A stretch of 62,658 nucleotides of DNA, the filler included, from Circinaria calcarea (taxonomy: Eukaryota): NCBI GenBank assembly GCA_051942165.1. It is 16 parts of 16 records of this genome, joined end to end, with 100 filler letters (N's around TTAATTAATTAA, not from the genome) between each part and the next. Parts side by side here need not be neighbours in the genome. Positions count along the whole stretch, not along the records: positions 47,110 to 50,922 come from JAVECS010002609.1; positions 51,023 to 54,835 come from JAVECS010002610.1; positions 54,936 to 58,747 come from JAVECS010002611.1; positions 58,848 to 62,658 come from JAVECS010002612.1; 12 more parts are not named here. One strand, written 5' to 3'. The position numbers were made by a program, and so were the translations under genes. The notes beneath the pieces are model-generated. The model was given only the letters and a program-made list of their open reading frames with translations. It had not been told where the DNA came from and ran no database searches. Shown piece by piece: positions 49,054 to 60,689 of the stretch (position 1 is the stretch's first letter; the number at the start of each line of letters is the position of its first letter).

Positions 49054-50218
49054 TATGTAAATGGGCCATTTTTCTCAGCTGATTGGCCAGAATTAATGTT
49101 TTATTACTGCCCGAAACCCCCCTATATCGTGCACGGTTCGGGCTGCCTGAGCAACACTTTAAGGGATACCGTGCAGACCGTTAAAGACGTAGTGCCCTCC
49201 CTGTAATGCTCCTCCTTTCTCTAAGAATATAGGGACGAGCTTGCAGGCGGCGAAGTTAATTGGAATAAATATGTGATGGAAGAACACTAGAAACGTCTTA
49301 GGGACTGATTATGCTGATCATAAAGTCCCTCTCTTCTCCGCCAGCCCAACCGTCACGACCCTCTTAAACTTCTAACCCTCTAACCTTCTTAAACCTCTAG
49401 CCCTCTCAAACCCTTCCAACCTCTCAAATTCATAGCTCTCTACCACTTGCGCCAACAAGCTCAATACAACCCCTCTCATCGGATAATGATTGGGAGAGGA
49501 GCTGCGATATGTTCGAACGTGGTTTCGAATTATGAGATAATGCAGAGAACATTCCAGGCTCAGCTTGAAAATGGGCTTTTCCAAAGGTAGCAAAAGTAAG
49601 CCAATGTTGTGATTAGATCGCGTGTAGCGAAAGCGTGCGGAGAAACGTCGCTAATAGGATGTGAATTCTGCTACATATCCCAGGCAATCCCCCGGGGGTT
49701 TCTCCGCAGACTCATGAGTATGCTATTACTTTGAAGACGTATTGTTGTCTCTGTATGCTTCCTGTTTGCTTAGCATTAACCAAGGCTAGCGGATAGAGCG
49801 AAAATAACGTATGAAGTGTAATAGACATGATAAGTGTGGTATGCTTAGCAAGCTTAATATAATCAGCAATCAGGGTATGCTCAGCGAGCTTGATGTTGCA
49901 CTTTCGTGGTATGCTCAGCAACCGTGATATGCTCAGCAGGCGTGTAAGATTTGGGACGAAAGTGGACTCTGCGACCAGTTAAGCCGCTTCCGCGGATAGT
50001 AAATTGACGACCTCTCTATAGCCGTATTTGTTCATCCCTAACATATTACAGCTACTGGTATGTTTGCAACACGCTCTTTGTCTTACGGTTCTTGTTCGCA
50101 GCCTTGGTAGATACTTTAACCATTCATTCATTTCTTCTTGCTAAATCTCTACATATGTGCAGTATATCAAGCGTATCTTCCTTTTAATTCCCCCTGTATT
50201 ATCCATACACCTACGGTA

Positions 50219-50922
50219 ATGATGTTCGAAAAGTCGCTTTATTGTTTGGGTATCTTGACAACATGTTACTATTTCCTCCGGTTCTTTCAATTCATCTACC
50301 TCTTCATCCGCCCGTCCTCGCTGCCTCGCTACCTCCGCCGGCCCAGTTCCTGGGCTCTCATAACAGGCGCCAGCAGCGGCATCGGCTTTGGGTTTGCCCA
50401 AGAGCTTTGCAGTCGCGGCTTCAATGTTATCCTCCACGGCCGCAATCCTAACAAGCTAGAACGGCTTCAAGCAGAGCTACAACGCCAATTCCCAGACCGT
50501 TCTATCCGTATCGCCATTGCAGATGCCGTTCAAAGCAAAGTAGCATCGTCAATTGAGGACATTGTCTCCAGTCTTCGAGACCTCCAGCTGACCGTCCTGA
50601 TCAATAATATTGGAGGCATTACGGGAATGGCACCTCCTCCCTTTAAGACCCTCGCGGCGTACACAGCGCAGGAAGTCGATGAGACCATCAAAGTCAACGC
50701 CGGCTTCGCGACACAAATCACGCGGGCTCTCTTACCAGTCCTGCAAAAGAACCAACCGAGTCTGATTCTTAACATCGGATCCGTAGTCGCAAGATTAAGC
50801 GTCCCATACATTAGCGTCTACTCCGCTGCCAAAGCTTACAACGTGAACTTCAACAGCAGTCTGGCAGCCGATATGAGAGCTGAAGGCCACGACATCGAAC
50901 TCTTGGGGATCCTAGTGGGAAG
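50219..50922 (+). CDS. Membrane-anchored SDR (17-beta-HSD3/ketoacyl reductase-like), 3'-truncated
   Basis: N-terminal hydrophobic helix, WALITGASSGIG, VILHGRN, LINNIGG and YSAAK. Confidence 0.9.
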
Positions 50923-51022
50923 NNNNNNNNNNNNNNNNNNNNNNNNNNNNNNNNNNNNNNNNNNNNTTAATTAATTAANNNNNNNNNNNNNNNNNNNNNN
51001 NNNNNNNNNNNNNNNNNNNNNN

Positions 51023-51169
51023 ATTGTGATCCGGGGCGTGGGGGAGAGGGAGTTGAGGCGGTTGGGCTTCGAGGTCGGGGAGTGGGTGAGGGGTTTGGGG
51101 GAGGTGAATGGGAACGTTGGGGTAGTTGAGGGCGTACACGGACAGGGACAGGGTAGGAAGAGAAGTTGA
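51023..51169 (+). CDS. 3' end of a gene, resembling the C-terminus of Rox1-like HMG-box proteins
   Basis: The frame is open from the contig start: IVIRGVGERELRRLGFEVGEWVRG...KRS*. Confidence 0.55.
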   Translation: MVIRGVGERELRRLGFEVGEWVRGLGEVNGNVGVVEGVHGQGQGRKRS

Positions 51170-52362
51170 GTGGTAGGGTAAAAATGTACGGGGTGGGAAA
51201 GGGATGAGAGAGGAAGGGAAGGAGGGGTTTTATAAATTAAATCAGCCAGGTTTGATGTAATAAAGTTTAAGGACGGGAGGGGGGGAAGGTCGAGTAAATA
51301 TAACCAACCAAGTTTATAAACGGACCAAAGCCAAAATAATACCTCCCCTCACCTTTTTTTCTCAAAAACCAGGAGAATTTCCTTATCCTGCGTGACCTTT
51401 TTTTTCCTCCAAAGAGGCGGCAGGAAATCCTTTTTCCTCGATTTTTCCTTTAAAGAAAAAACTGTTAAATATAGAGCCAAGCATACCGTATGCCATACAG
51501 AAGTTCTGTATTACCCGTATTAGTACTAGCGTGGGCTGCAGAGTTTTCCCCTTGGCTTCGCACTTTGCGAACCATAGAACTCACACACGACGTTACACAA
51601 TATATCGACTATTGCATACACTTCCAATACCGTCTCAATGCATTGCCTAAGCCACTTCCTGCTGAACCTTTAACAATCAACCCATTATGAACAATCCACA
51701 AAAAAAGTCAGATAAAAATAAAAGGTTACATAAGCCACACCTATCCAGATAACCGGTACTGATTTGATTATACTCGCGAGCTTGGCGATTGGAATTAATA
51801 TATTGTTTCTTTATCAACCATTCTCCTATTCTCCCCTACTTACTGTATCGGGATCTGGATTCTTGGATTCTGGGAACATGCAGCATAATTCTGGAGCAAA
51901 TCGGGCGCTAGGATTCTGAAATGAAGAGTTGGATGTTTTGGCTTTTACTTTCCAAGTTTAGATTATAGATATGTATGTGTATGAGGGGGATTGGGAAATT
52001 TAATGGAGTTTTGGAGACGATTTAAGAGAGAGGGAGCGGGTTTAGGCATGTGCCAGTAGTGGAGGTACGGAAGGTCCGGGCGGGTGGGAAGGTGTGAGCT
52101 TTGTGGGAAGGTATGGCGGATACCTCTATTCCAGAAAAGGGTTTCTGGACTTGCATCGTCGAACGTCGAGAGCTAAGAGCACAGAAAAAACTATAGGGTT
52201 TGGGGCGCTAAGGGCTCGCTAAAGGCTGCACTATTGGAGGCCTCGGGGTGCCAAGATGAGGAAAATGCGCATCGAGCTCACGGCCTCTGGGGTGAGGCTG
52301 CTCTGGCGTCTCCACGAGCCATTACCGGACAATTTTCCTTTCAAAAGTTAGAGCAATAAAAC

Positions 52363-52583
52363 TGTAAGGATCCTTTACAAATGGTATAGTGATCTTACGA
52401 ACAAGGGTCGGTAAACTGTGTGATAATGTGCTCAATCGGTTCGCATAAGCGTATGAATTATTGCTAAGGAATTCTGGTGTCACGCTTCGCGAAGAAAACC
52501 TTTCTCGTTAAGTCAACACCTCGTGACCTCGGTGTATAGTTCACCCGTAGGGTTCGTAGGGGTTCTTGGGTGGAGCCCTTACA
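52363..52583. mobile_element. Candidate solo LTR, family B (221 bp)
   Basis: It has 7-bp inverted termini TGTAAGG...CCTTACA, and its end GCCCTTACA is shared with family A. It is single-copy here and the TSD is imperfect (AAAAC/GAAAG). Confidence 0.4.
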
Positions 52584-53091
52584 GAAAGAAAAAGAAAGGA
52601 AAGAAAGGAAATAAACTGAAAGACAAGCCAAAAGCAGGTTGGAACCGCTAGATGAAGGGAATCATATGAGAAAATATTCTTGTTTTATTGTGTGAAAGGG
52701 ATCCGGGGGAGGGGGTTGTGGTTTTAGGGGAAGGGATCCGGGGGATCGAGGGATCATAGGATATTAGGATTAGCGTCAGGATTGGAGTTTTGGAAGATTT
52801 CCTCCAGGTGAGATGAAGGCGGATATGGAGAGGCTGGCTAGGTTTTTAATAGAGTAGAAATTGGGGGAGGTTTTTTTTGGGGGAAAATATATAAGTAAAT
52901 TTTCACGTTGATACATGACTTTTTCTGATTCAATAGAAATGCCGACTGCCATTTACAAGATATCACCCTCCTGTACAGTCAAGAATTCAAAAAAAGGTGC
53001 ATATACAGCTCCTACCCCCTTCCCATCCCCCCAATCAGTACCCACACAACCCAACATATCCACCTCCACGGCTAGCCACGCCATGACGATC

Positions 53092-54835
53092 TCACTTCCG
53101 AACCTTATACTTGAGGAAAATCCGCGGGGTGGGTTTACTCGCGTGTAGCCCGTTCAGGTTAGTTGGCGGCAGCTGCTCGAGCTTCTTTCCCTTTTTGTCA
53201 CAAACTTCGTAGTCGAACCTCATCAGGAATTCAGCGATGATGACGTTTTGTTCTAATTTGGCAAACTAGCCGAAGCATGAGGTGTTAGTCTTCGGTCGAA
53301 GGAAAGCCTAGCAGTTGGACGTAAAGGTCAAGGAAGAATAGGGACCGTTTTCTTACACGCATGCCTAGGCAAGGATGTCTGCCAACACCCCATCCCACCC
53401 AGCCCCACTCCTTCTTCTTATGCTCGGCACGGTCGGGTAGGTAGCGTCCTGGATCCCATTTAGAAGGGTTAGGGTAAATCGACGGATCTTGGTGGATTTC
53501 GGCGAGATGATAGGTCTAAATGTAACAAATCAGACAAGGGCCAGTCACAAGGGATGACGGTACCAAAGGCCTGTTGAAGGAAAGGTAACTTACGGCAAAA
53601 GCTCCGCTTGGAATTATCTCGCTACCAACTTGAATGTCTTTTGCACTCATGTTCCTCCTAAACGCAGAACCTAATAAGTTTATTCGTATACTGTCCCGGA
53701 GACAAAGATCCATAACCGGAAACTCAGTTTCCCATACTTCACTTGGAATCGACAAGAGTCGCTTTGCAACTGGAGCGTCCATGTCCGTCGAGTATTTTGA
53801 AAGGACCGTTTCAATTTCTTGCCTAGCTTGGGACATCCAATATGGATCCATGCCGAGATAGGCAATTACGTAGGCAGCGTTGATTCCGCTGTTGAGCTGA
53901 CCAGCGAAGAGCGCGCCAACAATGAACTGGAGCACGGATTATGATTAGTATATAGCCACCTGCTGGGAACCTTGATGCCGAATACGAACCGCAATGATGT
54001 CATTTATATCGTCCCCGTTATCAATTAGGTATTGTAGGGGATCATCCTCTCTCTTTCCAGACTTCTTACGCTCGTCCACAATTTTCTTCATTATCATGTA
54101 AAGCCTTCCTCCCGCAATGGTGCGCTTGATCAAAGCCGGCGAAGGAAACCATGGAAAAATAATGGTGGTTGCCGTGGAGCTTTGCTGAATGGTCTCGAAG
54201 AGATGGAGTATCTTCTTCTGCAACGCCGGGTCGTTGGCAATCTCATTACAGCCAACTGTTCGGATGGTAAGCTGGAAGACGATCTCGAAGATGCTAACGA
54301 ACGGATCCGTCATGTCGGAAGGGGAAACGGCCAACTCTTCCAATCGAGCATCGGTATCCTCAATGAGGTGGACTAGACCTATCAAATGCAAGAGATGATC
54401 AGTCACTGTCTAGCATATCGTTGCTCCTTGAGCCTTACATTTGGATAGCCTTTCCTTTCGCAGAAGATGTGCTATTCTTCTGGCGAATTTTTGAGCGAAA
54501 TCAGATTCCGAAGAAATGTCCTTGCCATCGTTTTCGGCAGACTTGGTTGTTTGGATTGACGGAGATTGACCAAATAATACCGAGTATCTATGAGAAACCA
54601 CAGGGTCAGTGCTATTGAAGATGTCAATCGGATAGGAAAGGGCCATCTACCCATCAGCTGCAGAGAGGCTCGCGTTTGCAAAGAAGACTTTTCTGCCAAT
54701 ATCACCCGACATGCCCACGACTGGATGCTTTCCAATGTGGAAGCTGAAATTGCCTGTATCGGTCTCCGTCCGGGCATCCTTGAAAAAGTCCCATCGGGCG
54801 TAAAAGAAGCGGATGGCGCCCAGGATGGGATAATT
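53092..54835 (-). CDS. Cytochrome P450, 5'-truncated, 5 introns
   Basis: YPILGAIRFF, I-helix IVGALFAGQLNSG, K-helix LRDSIR, WDPGRY, heme motif WGVGRHPCLGMRFAKLE. Confidence 0.93.
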
Positions 54836-54941
54836 NNNNNNNNNNNNNNNNNNNNNNNNNNNNNNNNNNNNNNNNNNNNTTAATTAATTAANNNNNNNNN
54901 NNNNNNNNNNNNNNNNNNNNNNNNNNNNNNNNNNNGCGACA

Positions 54942-56225
54942 ATGCTTCTCCTAGATTACCAAAACGTGCTCATCCAGTCGCTACTCACGGAACGCTTCTC
55001 AGGGTATTACTAGACCATGTGAGAGTGGTACACTGGCTAATTCTCTATACAGAGCCGCTCCAATTTCGATTGATCAAGTAGTCTCTGACTTTGACGGCGT
55101 AACCTTTCACCTATCTACTCCCGAAAAGAAATCCAAGATCCTCATCTCCATCTCAGTCAAATGTTACAAAGAACTGCTCCAATATGGCGCAGAGGATGTT
55201 CTCCAAAGGGAATATGGTCAATATATTGTCTCTCCCGAAGCCGGTTATGACTTTTCAATTCAAGTCGATCTAGAGAGTTTACCGGGCGATCCAGGTCAGC
55301 CGTCATGTCAACGAGAGAAGAAGGCATCAAGTTAACGAAACAAATGTAGAAGGAAAGGAAGACCTTGTCAGACGGATATCCCTCCTAAAACGCAATGCCA
55401 TGGCCGCACCTTTCGAAAAGGCCTTTGACGAATTCTACAGATTACAGGAGGAAGCCTCGAAATTTACTCGAGAATCTGCTCCGGAGGGGATCGCCGAAGG
55501 AGGTGAAGTAATGGCGGTACATTACCGGGAAGAAGAAGCTATTTACATCAAAGCGAGTCACGACAGGGTGACTGTCATATTCAGCACCATCTTCCGAGAA
55601 GAGACGGATCGGATATTTGGCAAGGTGTTTCTACAAGTTAGTATAGCTGCGGTAAACTGCGTTCAATACAAGCATCTGATGAAGAACCAGGAATTCGTCG
55701 ATGCCCGCAGGAGAGCCATCCAAAACGCCCCTCAGGTCCTCTACCGCAACGAACCACCGCTAGAGCTTCAGAACGTCCCTGGTCTCGCAAACTCAAGCAA
55801 AGGAGAGGTCGGTTACGTAACATTTGGTATATCCCCCTATTCTGCTCACCGGGCAAGATTAGTGCTAAATTTCCCAAGTACTATTCCCACGCCATCTCAC
55901 CCCCCAACGCCGAGAAGAAAGCATATCCCACATCCAAACATTTCGAGATTACTTCCACTACCACATCAAAGCATCAAAAGTAATCAGACCCCCATCCCAC
56001 AGCCTTAAGAAACCAACTCTCTAACCCCTACCGACACAGGCATACATCCACTCCCGAATGCGCCGACGTACAGCAGATTTCCTACAAGGCAAGCCCCTTT
56101 CCCCTTAATACTGTCAAAACAAAAGCAAAAGCTGACATCTAGCAGTCCTCAACCGAGCGAGACCCGAAAACGAAGAAAAGGAGCGGAAGACGGCGAGCGG
56201 TCGGACGTTTCGGGTTCAGGGCTAG
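54942..56225 (+). CDS. ARC35: Arp2/3 complex 34-kDa subunit (ARPC2)
   Basis: MLLLDYQN, SDFDGVTFHLSTP, LLKRNAMAAPFE, DRVTVIFST, FLQEFVDARR, FRDYFHYHIKASKAYIHSRMR, LNRARPE...RTFRVQG*. Multiple short introns. Confidence 0.96.
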
Positions 56226-56882
56226 CGTAAAAAAACGTTTCGAAAATAGAAAATTGATTATCTGGCTCGTTTGCAACGAGTTTTTTTTTGGCTGTGTGAC
56301 TTTCTTCCACTGGACGTCCCCCCTCCTCAACCAAGCCCCTCGTTCCCTTGTTCCTTCCAACCCTCCACCCCACCCTATCAAAACAAAATCAAACCCGCCC
56401 ATTCGAACGCACCAAAGCCCAAAGGCCGAAAGGCCGAGTCCGTACACTGTGCCTATGCCTATGCCTATACCCATGTTCATACCCATCCAGAATAGCTGTG
56501 CCTAACTAACAGCGTCTTCCGGACGAAACGGGGAGCCGTCTAAAAAAATAAGCCGAGGGTCTTTTTGGGGAAACCCCCCTAACCCCCTTGTAGGGGGGAA
56601 AAGGGGGGGGAAGGAAAATTGGGGATAGGAAATATATATACGCGACTGGAGAGGAAAGATTTGGGAGGGAGGATACCACCCCCGGGGTTTTAAACGAAGG
56701 ACGACCTCGGATAGGTTTAGGATAGGATAGGTATGGTATGGTATGGGCACGAAGAGGACGCCAAACTCGAATGAATGCGGCGGGTTCTCTCCCTTTTTTT
56801 GGCTTTTCGGCTTTTCTTCTTTTGGACCCCTGGCTTTTCTGTATACCTAGGTAGGTGATGGACGGGGATCAGGGGTAGACGG

Positions 56883-57005
56883 GACACGTAAGACGGACAC
56901 GCAAGACGTAGACGCAGACGTAGACGCAGACGTAGACGTAGACGCAGACGCAAGACGGGACACGCAAGACGTAGACGCAGACGCAGACGTAGACGCAGAC
57001 GTAGA
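56883..57005. repeat. (GACGYA)n hexamer microsatellite within an SSR-dense intergenic region
   Basis: Alternating GACGTA/GACGCA units. Nearby are (GGTAT)n at about 56730, (CACTC)n at about 57051-57080 and (TGAAA)n at about 57525-57554. Confidence 0.9.
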
Positions 57006-57842
57006 GCAAGTGCAGAGCCCCTATCCATCCTACCCTACCCTACTCCACATCACTCCACTCCACTCCACTCCACTCCACTCCAGCCGCGCCCCGAGTGAAA
57101 AAGGAAGCTACGTATACAAACAACACTGCCCCCCTTCCCCCTTCCCCTCCAAACGATACGTGAAGGAACCCAGTCGACGACCCCCCCCCGTCGTTATGTA
57201 ATTTCGAGGAGAAACCCTTTCGTCTTTCGTAGAGTGGGGTGGGTTGGATCCGGAGATACGGGTATGCTGGTATGCGGGTATGCAATCCACTGGTCTGTCT
57301 GGTTTCATTTTATATACGAGTTGGCGGTTATGTGGGTGAAAGGAGGGATGGATGTCGTGTTAGAGGTAGAGGTAGGCTGGTATACATAAAAGGAAAAGGT
57401 TGGTACAGGGGATTGTTCCCAAGTATGATTTCTTGGATGCACACACACGTAGATCATGGAAAGGGGGGGGTTTTTTTGGCACCTCGAGCGTTCCGTGGTT
57501 CGGAGAGTTTTGTGTGATATACTATGAAATGAAATGAAATGAAATGAAATGAAACGTGGAAAATGACATCCTGTATGTCTTCGTCTATACCATCCCCCAT
57601 TGATCATGTGCTCCTCCAAATTTCCTAGTTCTTTATATTCGTATACTCCAAAATCATCTTAGTTTACTTGATACCTTCTGCTATCATATCTCCGACTCTC
57701 CAGACCACAGCCCAGGATGGAGGCTTCCGTATCCTGCATTACCCACCCTATGACCCTATCGTATAGAAAACTGGCTATATTGTTAAAGGCGAGGAGGAGG
57801 CGGGGATCTTTTCTGCAATTGTTACTAACCGAGGATTTTACC

Positions 57843-58747
57843 CTACCCGAGGAAGCGGAGGTTATCGTTAAGGAACCTGACTCTAAGTTAGCTTATCGGC
57901 TTACTTGAATTTAAAAACACATTCAAAATTACATACTGTTGTAAATATGTCTCTAGTTCAAATCCCTCAATGTCGCTGGTTCGTTGCAGATATCTTAGTG
58001 CTTGTTGATAATACTGCTCGTTTTCTTGAGGATGCGACACATTCCCAAAGCTGATGTAGGCTTCGGCTGCCTGAGTTACCGTCAGCAGCTGCGATTCAGT
58101 GCAATTAGAACATACTTCTTACCAGAGCAAGTAACTCCCCACTCACGATCCCTTGAGATGTGGTGACCTCTATTGCGCGGTCCAAAAACTCCAGAGAAGG
58201 ACGAAGCAAATTGCGAGCTTGAACATAGTCGGGAGAAGCTATACGGATATCATCCTGTCTGGCTTCTGCTCTTCTCGTATTTGCTGTAGACGAGCCACTT
58301 GAGGATGGGCTTCCTTCTTCACGGTATATCCGAGCCAATGTCTCCTGACTTCTTAACAACCATGCATGACCAAGACCTTTGCATTATCGTATTAGTATTA
58401 GTGGGGAAATTCCTAACATAAACGTCTCTTCGGATATTCAATCGGCATACCTTGGAGAGCTACCACATTGTCAGGGTGACTTTGCAAAATAGTAGCCCAC
58501 TGCCTCTCACACCACAAGGCGATATCCGTTTCTCCTCCGCTGTCTACGTCTTGATATGCCAGCTGCTGTAAAGTACTAGTGACCAATATATGTTCTTGCA
58601 GGTTAACTGGCTGCGTAGTAAGAGAGATTCCATCTACCAATGCAATAATACCACGTGCAGCTGGGATGCAGGACCGCCAATCAAGGGGACGGGTGCTAAG
58701 GACGTCTCGAATGTTTGATATCTCCGTCTCCCATGATACGATGTGTA
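57843..58747 (-). CDS. Conserved hypothetical alpha-helical (TPR-like) protein, 5'-truncated
   Basis: Four exons splice in frame: ..LQQLAYQDVD..WCERQW..ALQ|GLGHAWLLRSQ..DYVQARNLLRP..|AAEAYISFGNV..LQQ|FLNDNLRFLG*. Confidence 0.7.
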
Positions 58748-58847
58748 NNNNNNNNNNNNNNNNNNNNNNNNNNNNNNNNNNNNNNNNNNNNTTAATTAAT
58801 TAANNNNNNNNNNNNNNNNNNNNNNNNNNNNNNNNNNNNNNNNNNNN

Positions 58848-60689
58848 CCATCTGGAGACCAGCAAGCATTCATACACCAAGGCGGAACATTCCGGGGTAC
58901 AATTTTGGCAATCGCTTCAGGTCTTCGTTTATCCCAAACACGTACAGTCCCATCGAATGAAGCAGCTAAAAATGTAGAATCGGCCTTGGGGACCATGTCA
59001 GAGGTAGAGACAGCGGGCGCGGAGATTGTACCAGGAGCCTCGAGTTCCTCGGCGTGAGGTAAACCATTGCTCAGTACGGGGGGTGTCTGTTCTGCAGATG
59101 GGAGAGGCTGATAATCCAAAAGATTAGAACTGTGTAAAGCCTCTGTTGATTCCAGATTTCCATTTGTTTGCGGAGCATTCCCGGCTTCCCCGGTACCTGT
59201 CATACTAACATCCCCGTCGGCGTCCTCGTTTTCTTGTTGTTGTATCCCATTGGCAATGGCACGGGAAAATTCATCGTCATCATCATTCCCAAAGTTGCCG
59301 CCTGATGGTGCTCCAGTATTATCATCGTCGTTACCACCAAATAGCGAATCTCCATCGTCCCCTCCAAACAGAGAATCAGCTGGCGAACCGGGAGCATCTG
59401 CCATTGTGGTCTCTTGAACCGTCGAATCAGCTTGGGTTTCATGTGTCACTCCGTTGGTCAGGATCCCATTGGCCCGTGGCTCATCTGCCGAATCCGTGGA
59501 GAATGTACCGTTGGTAATGACAGCTTCCTGAGATGTTTCGGGAACTGGTAAACTCGAGAGGGGCCTCATCTCCAATGCAGAAATCTGCCCACCGCTCCCC
59601 TCGAAGCTGCGTTTTACCTGCCCCGTATTGAGATCCCAATCAAGTACCGTCTTATCCCAGCTCCCTGAAAGAACAGATCTTTCATCCTGTGCAAGCTGCA
59701 ATACCGAGACTGCCGATGTATGCTTCTTGAGACATGTAATGCGCTTTCCCTCTTCATGACGGATCGACTGCAAGTTAATTCCCCCGGATTCTAATCCAGA
59801 GAGAAGCCAAAGCCCCTGATTATGTACGGCAAGCGAGTATACCGAAGACAGTGACTGACCATCTTCTCCTGGTTTGGCTGATACGCACGATCACATTAGC
59901 TACAGAAAGTCTCCCCATCAAGTCTACACTCACCTTGTGGTTCTTCATTCTCCCAGTAGCTTGTGAGAACGCCTGCCTTGGTGACACTGTCCACAAATGG
60001 GTGCCGTTGTGCCACCGTAAGCATGACCTTGCCGTTGGCAGTATCTACCCAGTTAAACTTTCGAATGTACCCATCAGCGCCACCACTAAAAACCCATCGT
60101 AGGTCTGGTGTTGCCGTTACAGCATTGATGGAGGTGCTGTGAGGTGCAGCTATCGTCGGGACAATGTCGTAGAAAGGTGCAGTCAGTGCCTCAGGACGGA
60201 CCAGGGGAAGACCTATGGCAGCTCCTGGGGTAGTGAACGTCGCTTGCCGGGGGGATGGGGTCGTAAGGAGTAAGGCTGGCTGGGGATGTGACGTAGGTGC
60301 CACTGACTGTATGGGTTCCGTGAAGGAGACAGTATCTTGACTAAAGGGGTTGCCTAACAAGGGTGTTGGCGCATTCATTGAAGTCCCATCCTGTCTCCTG
60401 ACTGGGGAGGCTGCATAGCGGTCCTGTGAAGCATCAGGTTCCTGATCTTCCTCTTCTTCTTCACCATCCTCGTTCCTGTCATCCTCGTTGTCTTCCCCAA
60501 GCCCATCCCCATCAGGCTCTTCATCCTCTGCATCCTGTTCAGCTTCATCCAGGTCCTCTCCCTCTTCCTCTTCGTTTGGGTCATTGTCAGAGCTTCCATC
60601 GTTGGAGCCTATAAACATCAGTCCTTGATCCAAGCAAGCATCCAGTTCTCATTACCACCAATGTCCTGATCATCATTGTATGCCTGCAT
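58848..60689 (-). CDS. SPT8: SAGA complex WD40 subunit Spt8, 3'-truncated
   Basis: Acidic N-terminus, YDIVPTIAAPHSTSINA, FSGGADGYIRK, LTVAQRHPFVDS, LLSGLESGGINL, SGSWDK, DSLFG, VPPWCMNACWS. Confidence 0.92.

Noticed and set aside
44132..54835. Apparent secondary-metabolite cluster (MFS, PTH11-like, MFS, SDR, P450)
   Set aside because: It spans three separate contigs ordered only by length. Only the MFS-SDR pair at 47110-50922 is physically linked as a plausible cluster fragment.
56717..57028. Arg-Leu dipeptide repeat protein
   Set aside because: It is the translation of the (GACGYA)n microsatellite, with no other coding signal.
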